A stretch of 64,000 nt of DNA from an uncultured Oscillospiraceae bacterium (GCA_904419145.1 CAJFQQ010000007.1:481-64480), one strand, 5' to 3'; numbered from the stretch's first letter, positions 26,997 through 36,339 are shown. Translations and numbers: made by a program. The notes: generated by a model from the sequence alone, not told the origin.

Positions 26997-28211
26997 ATGG
27001 AAGAGAATTTAGAGTATCAACAGGCCAGGGCTCTGCTGCTGGAACAGGTGGGGGCCCTGGATACGGAGCGCATCCCGCTGGAGCAGTGCGGCGGCCGGGT
27101 GTTGGCGGAGGACATTGTAGCCGGGGAAGATATTCCGCCGTTCGACCGTTCCCCCTATGATGGATACGCCTTCCGCGCTGCCGACACCGCCGGCGCATCT
27201 GCAGACGCACCGGCGATACTGCGGGTGTTGGAGGAGATTCCGGCTGGCGGTGTCTCCCATATCCCGGTTACTGCGGGCACGGCGGTCCGGGTGATGACCG
27301 GTGCCCCAATCCCCTTGGGGGCAGACGCAGTGGTTATGTACGAAAAAACGCACTTTACACAGGACACAGTCGCTGTTTTTCAACAATTTACCCCGGGCAC
27401 CAATATAGTCCGGGCGGGCGAGGATGTCCGCCGGGGGGAGGTGCTGGCCCGCCGGGGCATGCGAATTGACCCGGGGCTTGCCGGGACGCTGGCATCCCTT
27501 GGGATCGGGAGGCCCGCGGTGTACCGGCTTCCCAGGATCGGTATTCTTTCCACTGGAAGCGAGTTGGTGGAGGTCGGTCGGAAGCCTGAACCCGGGCAGA
27601 TCCGCAATGCCAACCGATATGCGTTAACAGCGGCCGTGGATCGAGAGGGCTGGGAGGCCGTCTACTTGGGGGCGGCTGGGGATGATGTGGAGGAGATTGC
27701 CCGGCTTGTTGAGCAAGGACTTTCCTCCTGCGATGCGGTGATCTCTACCGGCGGCGTATCTGCCGGGGATTTTGACTTGACGCCGGCGGCTATGGAGCGG
27801 GCAGGGGTTTGTATGCTGTTTCAAAGAGTAGCCATCAAGCCGGGCATGTCCTGCGCCTATGGGGTGCGGGCGGGGAAGCCGGTGTGCGCGCTATCGGGGA
27901 ACCCGGCCTCCGCCCTCACCAATTTCTATGTGCTGACGCTGCCGGCTCTCCGGAAACTAGCCGGCTATTGCGAGCCGCTTCCGGCAGAATTCCCGGCTTC
28001 GCTGGAGTATGGATTCGGAAAGGCCAGCCCGGCCGCCCGTTTCCTCCGGGGACGGCTGGAAATCCGGGACGGCAGGACATGGATCGTCCCACCGGGCGGC
28101 CAGGGAAATGTGGTGCTAAGCAGCGCCATTGGCTGTGATATGATGGCGGAGATTCCCGCCGGCAGCGGACCAGTGGCTGCAGGAACAGAATTGAGAGGGT
28201 TTATGCTATGA
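26997..28211 (+). CDS. moeA: molybdopterin molybdotransferase
   Basis: 404 aa from ATG 26997 (AAGGAG SD). PPFDRSPYDGYA, VMTGAPIP and STGGVSAGDFD motifs. Confidence 0.9.
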   Translation: MEENLEYQQARALLLEQVGALDTERIPLEQCGGRVLAEDIVAGEDIPPFDRSPYDGYAFRAADTAGASADAPAILRVLEEIPAGGVSHIPVTAGTAVRVMTGAPIPLGADAVVMYEKTHFTQDTVAVFQQFTPGTNIVRAGEDVRRGEVLARRGMRIDPGLAGTLASLGIGRPAVYRLPRIGILSTGSELVEVGRKPEPGQIRNANRYALTAAVDREGWEAVYLGAAGDDVEEIARLVEQGLSSCDAVISTGGVSAGDFDLTPAAMERAGVCMLFQRVAIKPGMSCAYGVRAGKPVCALSGNPASALTNFYVLTLPALRKLAGYCEPLPAEFPASLEYGFGKASPAARFLRGRLEIRDGRTWIVPPGGQGNVVLSSAIGCDMMAEIPAGSGPVAAGTELRGFML

Positions 28212-29224
28212 AGAAGATCAAAGTGGAAGATGCGGTGGGAATGGAGCTGTGCCACGATATCACCGCCATGCGGGATGGCTTCAAGGGCGCGGCATTCCGG
28301 CGGGGCCATGTGATCCGGCAGGAGGATATCCCGGCACTGCTGGATCTGGGCAAGCGCGCGGTGTTCGTATGGGAACCGGAGGCCGGGGAAATCCATGAGG
28401 AGGATGCCGCCCGGCGTATGGCGGCTATGGCTCCCGTGGCAGGAGCCTGCTACACCGAGCCGTCAGAGGGGAAAGTGCAGCTGATTGCACAGGAGCGGGG
28501 GATGTTCCGCGTGGATACAGAGCTGCTGAGGCAGATCAATACCATCGGGGATATCACCATTACTACTCTGCCGGATCACTATCCGGTGGAACCGGGGGCC
28601 CGCTTGGCTTCCATGCGTATAGTTCCGCTGGTAACTGAGGAGGCGCAGATCCTGGCGGCAGAAGCGCTGTGCCGGGAGCGGACGCTCCTGCGTTTGCTTC
28701 CCTACCAGCCTCGAAAGGCTGGCATCATCATTACCGGATCGGAAGTCTACAGCGGTCGGATCCGGGATAAATTTGAGCCGGTAGCCAGGGAGAAGCTGTC
28801 CCACTATCCCGGAGAAGTCCTGGGGGCGACCATTTGCGACGACGACCAGGAGATGATTGCAGCAGCGGCCCGTCGCTACCTTGAGGAAGGGGCGGATCTC
28901 CTGATTTTCACAGGCGGTATGTCTGTGGACCCAGACGATGTAACGCCATCAGCAATCCGGAGCCTGGGGGCGGAAGTGGTGAGCCATGGCGTGCCATCCC
29001 AGCCTGGGAATATGACACTGGTGGCCTACCTCGGAAATGTGGAAATTCTGGGAATTCCCGGAGCTGCCATCAGCCTGCCGACTACCATTTTTGACGTGCT
29101 GCTGCCTCAGATTTTTTCCGGGGAGCGGCTGAGCAAGGCAGACCTTGTCCGGCTGGGGGAGGGCGGACTGTGCCAGCAGTGCGCTGCCTGCCATTTCCCG
29201 AACTGCACCTTTGGGCGGTATTGA
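28208..29224 (+). CDS. molybdopterin-binding (MoeA-related / MoCF-biosynthesis domain) protein
   Basis: 338 aa. ATGA overlap with moeA. The central IIITGSEVYSG...FTGGMSVDPDD resembles the MoCF_biosynth fold. Confidence 0.65.
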   Translation: MKKIKVEDAVGMELCHDITAMRDGFKGAAFRRGHVIRQEDIPALLDLGKRAVFVWEPEAGEIHEEDAARRMAAMAPVAGACYTEPSEGKVQLIAQERGMFRVDTELLRQINTIGDITITTLPDHYPVEPGARLASMRIVPLVTEEAQILAAEALCRERTLLRLLPYQPRKAGIIITGSEVYSGRIRDKFEPVAREKLSHYPGEVLGATICDDDQEMIAAAARRYLEEGADLLIFTGGMSVDPDDVTPSAIRSLGAEVVSHGVPSQPGNMTLVAYLGNVEILGIPGAAISLPTTIFDVLLPQIFSGERLSKADLVRLGEGGLCQQCAACHFPNCTFGRY

Positions 29225-29317
29225 TAAAATACTGCCGGATGAAATAGGAAGATACATGCATTAGGCGTTCCGGCAGGGACGGTGTCGGGCAAATCCTTCA
29301 AGCGGGTGGTGTCAACC

Positions 29318-30268
29318 ATGCAAGATTTATATGGCCGGAGCATTACCTATCTGCGCCTATCGGTGACAGAGCGGTGCAATCTCCGCTGCCGGTACTGCAT
29401 GCCGGAGGACGGCATTGAAAAAAAGCCCCGGGCGGCTATGCTCACCGAGGACGAAATGGTCTGGGCGGTGGCGGCGGCAGCCTCCCTTGGCATCTATAAA
29501 CTCCGGATTACCGGCGGGGAGCCGCTGGTGAAGAAAAATATCCTGTCCATTTGCCGTCGCTGCGCTTCTGTTGAGGGGATCAAGGAGGTATGCATCACGA
29601 CCAACGGCGTGCTCCTGCCAGAGCTGGCGGGAGCATTGCGGGAGGCCGGGGTTGCGCGGGTAAACCTGAGCCTGGATACCCTGGACCGGGAAAAGTACGC
29701 CTTCATCACCCGGCGGGGCCGCCTGGAGGACGCCATGCGAGGGTTGGAGGCGGCACTGGAGGCGGGATTTGAGAAGGTCAAGATCAACACCGTGCTGATC
29801 GGGGGATTTAACGACACGGAGATACCGGCTTTGGCGGACTTGACCCGGCAATATCCGGTGGATGTGCGGTTCATTGAGCTTATGCCTATGGGCGGGTTCG
29901 GCTTTGGGCCAGAGGCGTATCTCCCCTGTGGCGCGGTATTGAAGCGATTGCCGGAAATGGAGGCCCTGCCGGCGGACGGTGGTGTGGCGAGGCGGTACCG
30001 GCTCCCGGGGGGTCAGGGGAGCATCGGATTGATTACCCCGGTGAGCACCCAATTCTGCGCGCAATGCAACCGTATCCGGCTGACAGCTGATGGGAATGTG
30101 AAGCCATGCCTTCACGCGGCGGAGGAATTTCCTTTGAAAGGCCTCTCCCGTGAGGAAATGGCAGCACAAATGAAACGGGCGATCCTGGCCAAGCCCCAGT
30201 GCCATGGACTGCTGACATATGGCCATCATAGCCATGCTGAGCGAAACATGAATCAGATTGGAGGATGA
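29318..30268 (+). CDS. moaA: GTP 3',8-cyclase (radical SAM)
   Basis: Start taken at ATG 29318. LRLSVTERCNLRCRYC radical-SAM motif and C-terminal CAQCNRIRLTADG cluster motif. Confidence 0.9.
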   Translation: MQDLYGRSITYLRLSVTERCNLRCRYCMPEDGIEKKPRAAMLTEDEMVWAVAAAASLGIYKLRITGGEPLVKKNILSICRRCASVEGIKEVCITTNGVLLPELAGALREAGVARVNLSLDTLDREKYAFITRRGRLEDAMRGLEAALEAGFEKVKINTVLIGGFNDTEIPALADLTRQYPVDVRFIELMPMGGFGFGPEAYLPCGAVLKRLPEMEALPADGGVARRYRLPGGQGSIGLITPVSTQFCAQCNRIRLTADGNVKPCLHAAEEFPLKGLSREEMAAQMKRAILAKPQCHGLLTYGHHSHAERNMNQIGG

Positions 30269-30269
30269 G

Positions 30270-30824
30270 ATGAGGCTGGCAGGGGGACAAAGCCGGGGAA
30301 TTGCGGTGGTGGCTTTTGCGGCTTGGTCGGGCACGGGGAAAACAACCGTGTTGGAGGGGGTAATCCGGCACCTGGCAGGCCAGGGGTTGCGCGTGGCGGT
30401 GCTGAAGCACGATGCCCATGGACTGGACTTGGATCGGAAAGGTAAGGACACTTGGCGCTTTGCCCGGGCTGGGGCGGCAATAACAGCGGCGAGCGGACCG
30501 GGGGGCAGCGTGGTGATGGAGCGGCGGGAATGGCCGCTGCTGGAGGCGCTGGGCCATATCCGGAATGTGGATCTGATTCTGGTTGAGGGGTACAAAGATG
30601 TGCCTCTGACACAGATTGGACTGTGCCGCGCCGCCACGGGGAAAGGATTCACAGCACCGCTGGAGCGGTTTGCTGCTATTGTCACCGATCTGGAAGAAAT
30701 CCAGGCATCTGTGCCGGTATTTGCTTTCCAGGATACAGATAAGATTGCAGGGTTTCTGCTGAACAACCTGAACAATTTTACCCATTTCTACAACGGCGCC
30801 ATAGAAGAGAAAACGGCGCTATAG
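30270..30824 (+). CDS. mobB: molybdopterin-guanine dinucleotide biosynthesis adapter protein
   Basis: P-loop AAWSGTGKTT, then LKHDAHG. Start is ATG 30270 (GGAGGA SD) or TTG 30258. Confidence 0.8.
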   Translation: MRLAGGQSRGIAVVAFAAWSGTGKTTVLEGVIRHLAGQGLRVAVLKHDAHGLDLDRKGKDTWRFARAGAAITAASGPGGSVVMERREWPLLEALGHIRNVDLILVEGYKDVPLTQIGLCRAATGKGFTAPLERFAAIVTDLEEIQASVPVFAFQDTDKIAGFLLNNLNNFTHFYNGAIEEKTAL

Positions 30825-30841
30825 AAGCAGGAGGAACAGCT

Positions 30842-31729
30842 ATGCAGTATACAGCGGCAGTTATTACCATCAGCGACAAGGGGGCGCGGGGAGAACGAAC
30901 AGATACCAGCGGCCCGTCACTGGTTCACATGTTGGAGGGGGCGGGCTACCATGTGGTGCACACAGCCATCCTCCCCGATGAACAATCACAAATCCAGCAG
31001 GAACTGATCCGCTGCGCTGATGAAAGGCAGGTTTCCCTGGTGTTGACGACCGGCGGTACTGGCTTTTCCCCCAGGGATGTGACGCCGGAGGCCACACTGG
31101 CTGTAGTGGAGCGGGCAACGCCGGGAATCCCGGAGGCCATGCGTGCAGAGAGTATGCGTATTACTCCAAGAGGCTGCCTCTCACGGGAGGCGGCGGGAAT
31201 CCGCGGCCGCACGCTGATTGTGAACCTCCCCGGCAGTGAAAAAGCATCCAGAGAGAATCTCAATGCTGTACTGGGCGCGATCGGCCACGGATTGGATATG
31301 CTCTCTTCCCAAGGGTCGGCGGACTGTGCCGCACCGATATCGGGGGAGAAGCCGCCCTCTGTTGACGCCTGGCTCCGGGAAGCAAAGGCGCTGGAGCATG
31401 CAGGGGAAATAGGTATGTATTTGCTCCACAACGGTGTGGTGCGGGAGACGGCCCGTTCCCAGGTTCGGGAGGGGGACAGGCAGGCAAAACGGGTATCCGG
31501 GATGCGCTTCTCCTATGACGAGGAAAAGGTAAAGGAGGCGGTGGAAGAAGCCCGCCGCCTTCCGGGAATCTACCATATTCGTGTCTGGCTGAACCACGGG
31601 GAACTGAACGTGGGAGATGATCTGATGCAGGTGCTGGTGGGCGGGGATATCCGGCCCCATGTGGTCGCTGCATTGGAGTCTCTGGTGACGGCGCTGAAAA
31701 TCCGCTGTGTAAAAGAAGAGGAGCTGTGA
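30842..31729 (+). CDS. MoaB/MogA-family domain fused to a MoaE-like C-terminal domain
   Basis: N-terminal TISDKGARGERTDTSGP...LTTGGTGFSPRDVTPEA matches the MoaB/Mog family. The C-terminal GELNVGDDLMQVLVGGDIRPHVVAALESLVTALKIRCVKEEE resembles the MoaE C-terminal pattern. Confidence 0.7.
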   Translation: MQYTAAVITISDKGARGERTDTSGPSLVHMLEGAGYHVVHTAILPDEQSQIQQELIRCADERQVSLVLTTGGTGFSPRDVTPEATLAVVERATPGIPEAMRAESMRITPRGCLSREAAGIRGRTLIVNLPGSEKASRENLNAVLGAIGHGLDMLSSQGSADCAAPISGEKPPSVDAWLREAKALEHAGEIGMYLLHNGVVRETARSQVREGDRQAKRVSGMRFSYDEEKVKEAVEEARRLPGIYHIRVWLNHGELNVGDDLMQVLVGGDIRPHVVAALESLVTALKIRCVKEEEL

Positions 31730-31886
31730 AACCGGCTGCAGGGCAGGGATCCCGCGGGATTTCCTGCCCTGTGGCCTTGCCGCCGGTTGGCTGCTCGCCT
31801 TATGCCCATATCCCGTGCAGCTGAGGGACCGGACATTTCCGGGCGCCGCTTTCTGCGGCTCGCGGCGGGCCCCTATCAAGCGGCCA

Positions 31887-31915
31887 TTGACAGGGCTTCC
31901 GCATCCCTGTAAAAT
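31887..31915 (+). promoter_or_regulatory. sigma-70-type promoter TTGACA-17-TAAAAT
   Basis: Hexamers at 31887-31892 and 31910-31915. It lies about 195 nt upstream of the DUF368 ATG. Confidence 0.5.
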
Positions 31916-32110
31916 AGCAAATAGACACGTGGCGGCGAAATGACCCGGCGTATTTCAGCAAAGGGATCAGGACGCCTGATACTGGAAGAACTTGGCGGAA
32001 GGGAGTCTTTGGCCCCGGTTGTGGCGCTGGGGTACATTTTGCGTGCTTTTCTGGGCCGCTGTCGTCCTAATTCCACGGAACCACGCATATCAATCAGCAG
32101 GGTGAAACAC

Positions 32111-32935
32111 ATGCAGCATAACAATCTATTGGTTCTATTGAAAGGTGTTATTGTAGGCGGGACGATGTTAGTGCCGGGAGTAAGCGGCGGCTCCATGGCG
32201 ATGATTCTGGGAGTCTATGATCGGCTGGTGTTTGCAGTCAGCTCCTTTATGAGGCAAAAACGGAAAAATTTTATCTTCCTTGTGTTGTTTGCGGTTGGAG
32301 CCGGCCTTGGCATGGTGTTGTTTTCCAGGCCGCTGCTCCATCTCTTGACCCGCTATCCCATGCCGGTGCTGTACTTCTTCTTTGGCACGGTTGCGGGGGG
32401 AGTCCCGCTGATTGTCCGGCGGACAGCCATCCGAAGGTTTTCCTGGCGGGCGCTGTTCTACATTGTGATGGGGATTTTGGCGGTGTTCCTTTTCCAGTTG
32501 CTTCCCACTGGGACGTTCCAATTGGGGGGAGAGACCGGCTCCCTTGGCGCTTTGCTGCTTCTGCTGGTGGGAATTCTATCCGCAGTGCCGCTAGTCCTGC
32601 CGGGGATCAGCATCTCCTATCTGCTCCTGCTCATGGGGCTGTATGAGCGGATGGTGCAGGCGATCAGCACCTGTGATCTTCGCATTTTGGTGCCCTTTGG
32701 GGTTGGGCTGCTTATTGGGACTGTGCTGACGGCAAAAGCGCTGGAATATGCCATGACGGTGCACCCGCACCCCACTTACTTGGGAATCCTTGGATTTATT
32801 CTCGGATCCATGGCAGAAGTGTTTCCGGGGATTCCCTCTCAGGAAGAGCTCCTTCCATGTGTGGTCCTGCTGGCAGCAGGATTTCTGGCGATCAGGCTGC
32901 CCTCCCGGAGGAGTGCGCCCCGCGAGGGCGATTGA
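32111..32935 (+). CDS. DUF368 family polytopic membrane protein
   Basis: Start taken at ATG 32111. LLKGVIVGGTMLVPGVSGGSMAMILGVYDRL is the DUF368 signature. Multiple TM segments. Confidence 0.8.
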   Translation: MQHNNLLVLLKGVIVGGTMLVPGVSGGSMAMILGVYDRLVFAVSSFMRQKRKNFIFLVLFAVGAGLGMVLFSRPLLHLLTRYPMPVLYFFFGTVAGGVPLIVRRTAIRRFSWRALFYIVMGILAVFLFQLLPTGTFQLGGETGSLGALLLLLVGILSAVPLVLPGISISYLLLLMGLYERMVQAISTCDLRILVPFGVGLLIGTVLTAKALEYAMTVHPHPTYLGILGFILGSMAEVFPGIPSQEELLPCVVLLAAGFLAIRLPSRRSAPREGD

Positions 32936-33072
32936 GCTTTGGACATGCAGCTTCAAGACGATTTTTCCATATGGCCGGCCTCCCGCGGACGCCCAATGAT
33001 ACCATGGCGTACCGGCTGGAGGCCGGCCGTTTTTGTACTCCTGGACAGGCGGGCGGGGGCAGGCCGATATCC

Positions 33073-33101
33073 TTGACAGCATCTGCTTGCTTTTATATAA
33101 T
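33073..33101 (+). promoter_or_regulatory. perfect sigma-70 consensus promoter TTGACA-17-TATAAT
   Basis: Hexamers at 33073-33078 and 33096-33101. The kinase ATG (33107) lies only 6 nt after the -10 box. Confidence 0.6.
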
Positions 33102-33106
33102 ATATT

Positions 33107-35212
33107 ATGTCGAATGTCGGGCAGATTTGGCTAGCCCGTACAGTGCGAGAGAGGTGGAGCGGCTTGGTAGAATATTCCGTATCTGTACTCGGTCCGGACT
33201 ACGATCAGGTGTCATTGATGTCCACTGGCGGTATGGGAGAGCTCTTCCGTGCCCATAAGCGCGGCTTGGATGTGGACGTGGTGGTCAAGCGTGTACAGAC
33301 GCAATATCGCGGCAGGATCAACGAGGCCAGAGAGGCCAATATTCTGAAAAATCTCCGCCACCAGTTTCTGCCCCGGATTTACGACATCATCTATGCCGCA
33401 GATGGGTTTGTATATACCGTCATGGATTATATCCCGGGCTGCAATCTGCAGGAATATGTGGAGAAATATGGCGCGCTTTCCCAAAAGCAGAGCCTGAAGT
33501 GGCTGAAACAGCTGTGCGAGGTCGTGACTTACCTCCATCAGCAGAAGCCGGCGGTGATCCATTGCGATATCAAGCCTCAGAACATTATGATTACGCCGGA
33601 TGGGGATATCTGCCTGATTGACTTCAATACCTCGCTGATTTTTGAGGATGCGGAAATGAACGCCCTGGGGGTGACCCACGGGTATGCTGCGCCGGAGCAG
33701 TACAATGTGTCTCAGGCAGTTCTGGAGCGTGTTCCCCAGCAGGCGCGCACCCGCTGGGCGGCCTGGAGCAAAGCGGCCTCACCTTATGGCAGGATTTCAG
33801 AGCGTACGGATATTTACGGCATCGGCGCAGTGGGGTATTTTATGCTCACCGGCTACGCACCCGCCCACAGCTTGGGAACCGTGATCCCCCTGTCCCGGTA
33901 CAATATCAAGCTGACGGATGCGCTGCGGGATGTGCTGGAGCGGGCCATGTCCCCGGCGTCCAGGGCGCGCTTCCCCAGTGCGCAGGCCATGCGCGCTGCA
34001 CTGGATCATCTGAAAAAAGCGGATCGGCGCTATCGCAGCTGGCGCAGGCGCTGTCAGATTTGTGCTGTGGCGCTGGGATCTTTGGCGTTGGTAAGCGTGT
34101 TTTGCATCTGGATGGGCTTTGAACTGCGCGGGCAGGAAGCGGGAGACGCCTATCTTCAGGTCATCACTCAAGCTGACGAACTGATCGCCCAGCAGCAGTA
34201 TGAGGAGAGCCTGGATGTGCTGGGTGGTGCTGTTGCCATGGATGACCACCGAATTGAAGCATATATCCGTATGGCCACAGTGCTCTACCGTTTGGGACGG
34301 TATAATGAGTGCATTGATCTGCTGTCCGGCCTCACTTTTGTTTATGATGAGAATGTAATGACCCAGGAGGCATTTGATTTTGCCCAGGCTGAACTGAATT
34401 ACGTTCTGGGCTCCTGCTATTTTCAGGAGGAGGAATACGTGGAGGCGGTTCAAACCCTGGAGCTGGCGGCCTGGTTTGCCCCCCAAGAACCACTTTACCG
34501 CCGAGACCTGGCGATAGCCCAGGCGATGCGCGGCAATCTGGAGGAGGCGGAGGAGACCTATGAAGCATTGAAGGCTATGGGAACAGCCAGCCAGGAGGAT
34601 TTGCTGCTGGTAGAGGGGGAACTGGCTTATGCCAACGGGCGGTATGAGGAGGCACTGACGCCGCTATTGCAGCTGGCACGTGGGCAGGATAATACCTTGA
34701 CGGGCAGAAGTTACCTGCTGGCAGCCCAATGTTACCGCTATCTTGGGGAACTTGACCAGGAAATCGGAATTTTGGAGGAGGCGTGTGCGGTATTGGATGT
34801 GTCCGCCAGTACAACTCACACGGAACTTCTGGCGGAAGCATACCTGCAACGGGGGATTGCCAACAGCTCCATGGAGGATTATGAACAGGCATATGAGCTG
34901 TGCAGCGGCCTGATGGAGCGCGGGACGGCAACCCTGTCCGTTCGGTTGAATGCCGGATTGGCCCTGCAGTATCTGGGGCGGGTCCAGGAGGCTCTGGAGA
35001 TCGTGGAGGCAGTGACAGCGGACTACCCCAACAACTATCGGGGATACGCCCGGTTGGCGCTGCTCTGCCTGGACAGTCAGGTAAACGATTACGCGAGGGC
35101 GCAGGCAGCCTATGAGCAGGCTGCGGCCCTCTACAGCGGTACTGGCGTGCAGGACGGTGAAATGACCTATTTGGCATCGCTGATGCGGGATCTGGGGCTT
35201 GCTTCAAACTGA
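33107..35212 (+). CDS. membrane Ser/Thr protein kinase with extracytoplasmic TPR repeats
   Basis: Hanks motifs are present: STGGMGELF, VVVKRV, HCDIKPQN, DFN, YAAPEQ. One TM segment (ICAVALGSLALVSVFCIWMGF) is followed by about 350 aa of TPR-like repeats. An alternative TTG start at 33164 has a GAGGTGGAG SD. Confidence 0.85.
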   Translation: MSNVGQIWLARTVRERWSGLVEYSVSVLGPDYDQVSLMSTGGMGELFRAHKRGLDVDVVVKRVQTQYRGRINEAREANILKNLRHQFLPRIYDIIYAADGFVYTVMDYIPGCNLQEYVEKYGALSQKQSLKWLKQLCEVVTYLHQQKPAVIHCDIKPQNIMITPDGDICLIDFNTSLIFEDAEMNALGVTHGYAAPEQYNVSQAVLERVPQQARTRWAAWSKAASPYGRISERTDIYGIGAVGYFMLTGYAPAHSLGTVIPLSRYNIKLTDALRDVLERAMSPASRARFPSAQAMRAALDHLKKADRRYRSWRRRCQICAVALGSLALVSVFCIWMGFELRGQEAGDAYLQVITQADELIAQQQYEESLDVLGGAVAMDDHRIEAYIRMATVLYRLGRYNECIDLLSGLTFVYDENVMTQEAFDFAQAELNYVLGSCYFQEEEYVEAVQTLELAAWFAPQEPLYRRDLAIAQAMRGNLEEAEETYEALKAMGTASQEDLLLVEGELAYANGRYEEALTPLLQLARGQDNTLTGRSYLLAAQCYRYLGELDQEIGILEEACAVLDVSASTTHTELLAEAYLQRGIANSSMEDYEQAYELCSGLMERGTATLSVRLNAGLALQYLGRVQEALEIVEAVTADYPNNYRGYARLALLCLDSQVNDYARAQAAYEQAAALYSGTGVQDGEMTYLASLMRDLGLASN

Positions 35213-35230
35213 GGAGGCTTAGGTAGGGCT

Positions 35231-35368
35231 ATGGGAAATATTTTAATTATTGTAGGCATTGCGGGCCTGCTCCTGACGGCGGTGGCAGCACCCATTGCGG
35301 CCATGGTGCTGCGCAGGCAGGCGAAGCAGCTGAGTGAGCGTATTCAGCAGGAGTACGATCAAACATAG
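35231..35368 (+). CDS. small (45 aa) single-TM protein
   Basis: Below the ORF-track cutoff. My translation is MGNILIIVGIAGLLLTAVAAPIAAMVLRRQAKQLSERIQQEYDQT. A GAGGAGG SD lies upstream. It sits between the kinase and the next gene. Confidence 0.4.
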   Translation: MGNILIIVGIAGLLLTAVAAPIAAMVLRRQAKQLSERIQQEYDQT

Positions 35369-35396
35369 AACCACAAATGAAAAAGCTTAGGAGGGA

Positions 35397-35783
35397 ATGT
35401 ATATGAAATTTGAGCAGGTATGTCAAACGGCGCTAGCATATTTTCAGCAGCATCCAGTATTCAAGATTCTCCTTCCCATTTCCATGCCGTTGATGCTGGT
35501 CTGCGTAGTACTGCGGCTGGTGCAGAACTTGGTCAGCTTGGGCAGTTTTGTTTCAGCGCTGATCTTTTTCGCCTTCCTTTTGATGCTGTTTTTAACGGTA
35601 GCCCAATGCAACTTCCGCATGGCGGCAGTAGGGCTGGCCGGCTTTGCGCTGGATTATCTCCTGTCATTTGTGGTCAGCCTCATCCGCTACCACAGCCTGG
35701 CTTACGGTACACTGCTCTATCTGGTGGTATATGGGGGCCTGGCGTTTCTCAGCTATAAGAAGTCCATGACCTTTAATTGCTAA
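35397..35783 (+). CDS. hypothetical 4-TM membrane protein
   Basis: 128 aa with four hydrophobic segments and an AGGAGG SD. No family recognised. Confidence 0.55.
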   Translation: MYMKFEQVCQTALAYFQQHPVFKILLPISMPLMLVCVVLRLVQNLVSLGSFVSALIFFAFLLMLFLTVAQCNFRMAAVGLAGFALDYLLSFVVSLIRYHSLAYGTLLYLVVYGGLAFLSYKKSMTFNC

Positions 35784-35824
35784 GGGAACGACAAATTTTA
35801 ATCAGACACAAGGAGTGTAGAAAA

Positions 35825-36280
35825 ATGGGTTGGGGAGACAAACTGAATCAAATAACGAAGTCCGCGGTTTCCAAAAGCAAAGAGATGGCAGAAATTACCC
35901 GGCTGAACATGGAAAACAGCAGCAGCGAACAGAAAATCAAGGAACTGGCTGTCCAGATCGGCACATTGGTGGTGGATCAACAGCTGCTGATGGACAATGT
36001 CCAGGTTGCCGAGTGGGCCGCCCAGATCGCGAAACTGAGGGAGGCCGTCGCCAAGAACCAGGAGACCATTCGTGAGATTCGAAACATCAATATCTGTTCC
36101 AACTGTGGTGCTGAGGTATCACGTACCAGCAAGTTCTGCGATAAATGCGGCAGTCCCATGGATCGGTCGGTTCTGGAGGAGTCCATGGCCGCCGCGGTTC
36201 CCACCTGTCCTAATTGCGGTGAGCGGCTGGAGCCCGGCGCGCTGTTCTGCACTAATTGTGGGACAAAGGTTTCCAGCTGA
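35825..36280 (+). CDS. double zinc-ribbon protein with N-terminal coiled coil
   Basis: Start taken at ATG 35825 (AAGGAG SD). Two zinc ribbons: CSNCGAEV...FCDKCGSPM and CPNCGERL...FCTNCGTKV. Confidence 0.7.
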   Translation: MGWGDKLNQITKSAVSKSKEMAEITRLNMENSSSEQKIKELAVQIGTLVVDQQLLMDNVQVAEWAAQIAKLREAVAKNQETIREIRNINICSNCGAEVSRTSKFCDKCGSPMDRSVLEESMAAAVPTCPNCGERLEPGALFCTNCGTKVSS

Positions 36281-36339
36281 ATACAACCATAGAAAGGCCG
36301 GCTGGATCAGTCGGCCTTTTTTCAGGAGGAGGGAGAACA

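Noticed and set aside
31940-32110. Upstream ATG 31940 giving a 57-aa N-terminal extension to the DUF368 protein.
   Set aside because: The extension (MTRRISAKGSGRLILEELGG...) is hydrophilic and unlike DUF368 N-termini. The family signature begins right after Met 32111. The choice is uncertain because neither start has a strong SD.
35420-35758. 112-aa alternative-frame ORF overlapping the 4-TM membrane protein gene.
   Set aside because: It lies in the +1 frame within a gene whose product has four clean hydrophobic segments and an SD. The alternative product is Gly/Ser/Ala/Pro-rich with no features.
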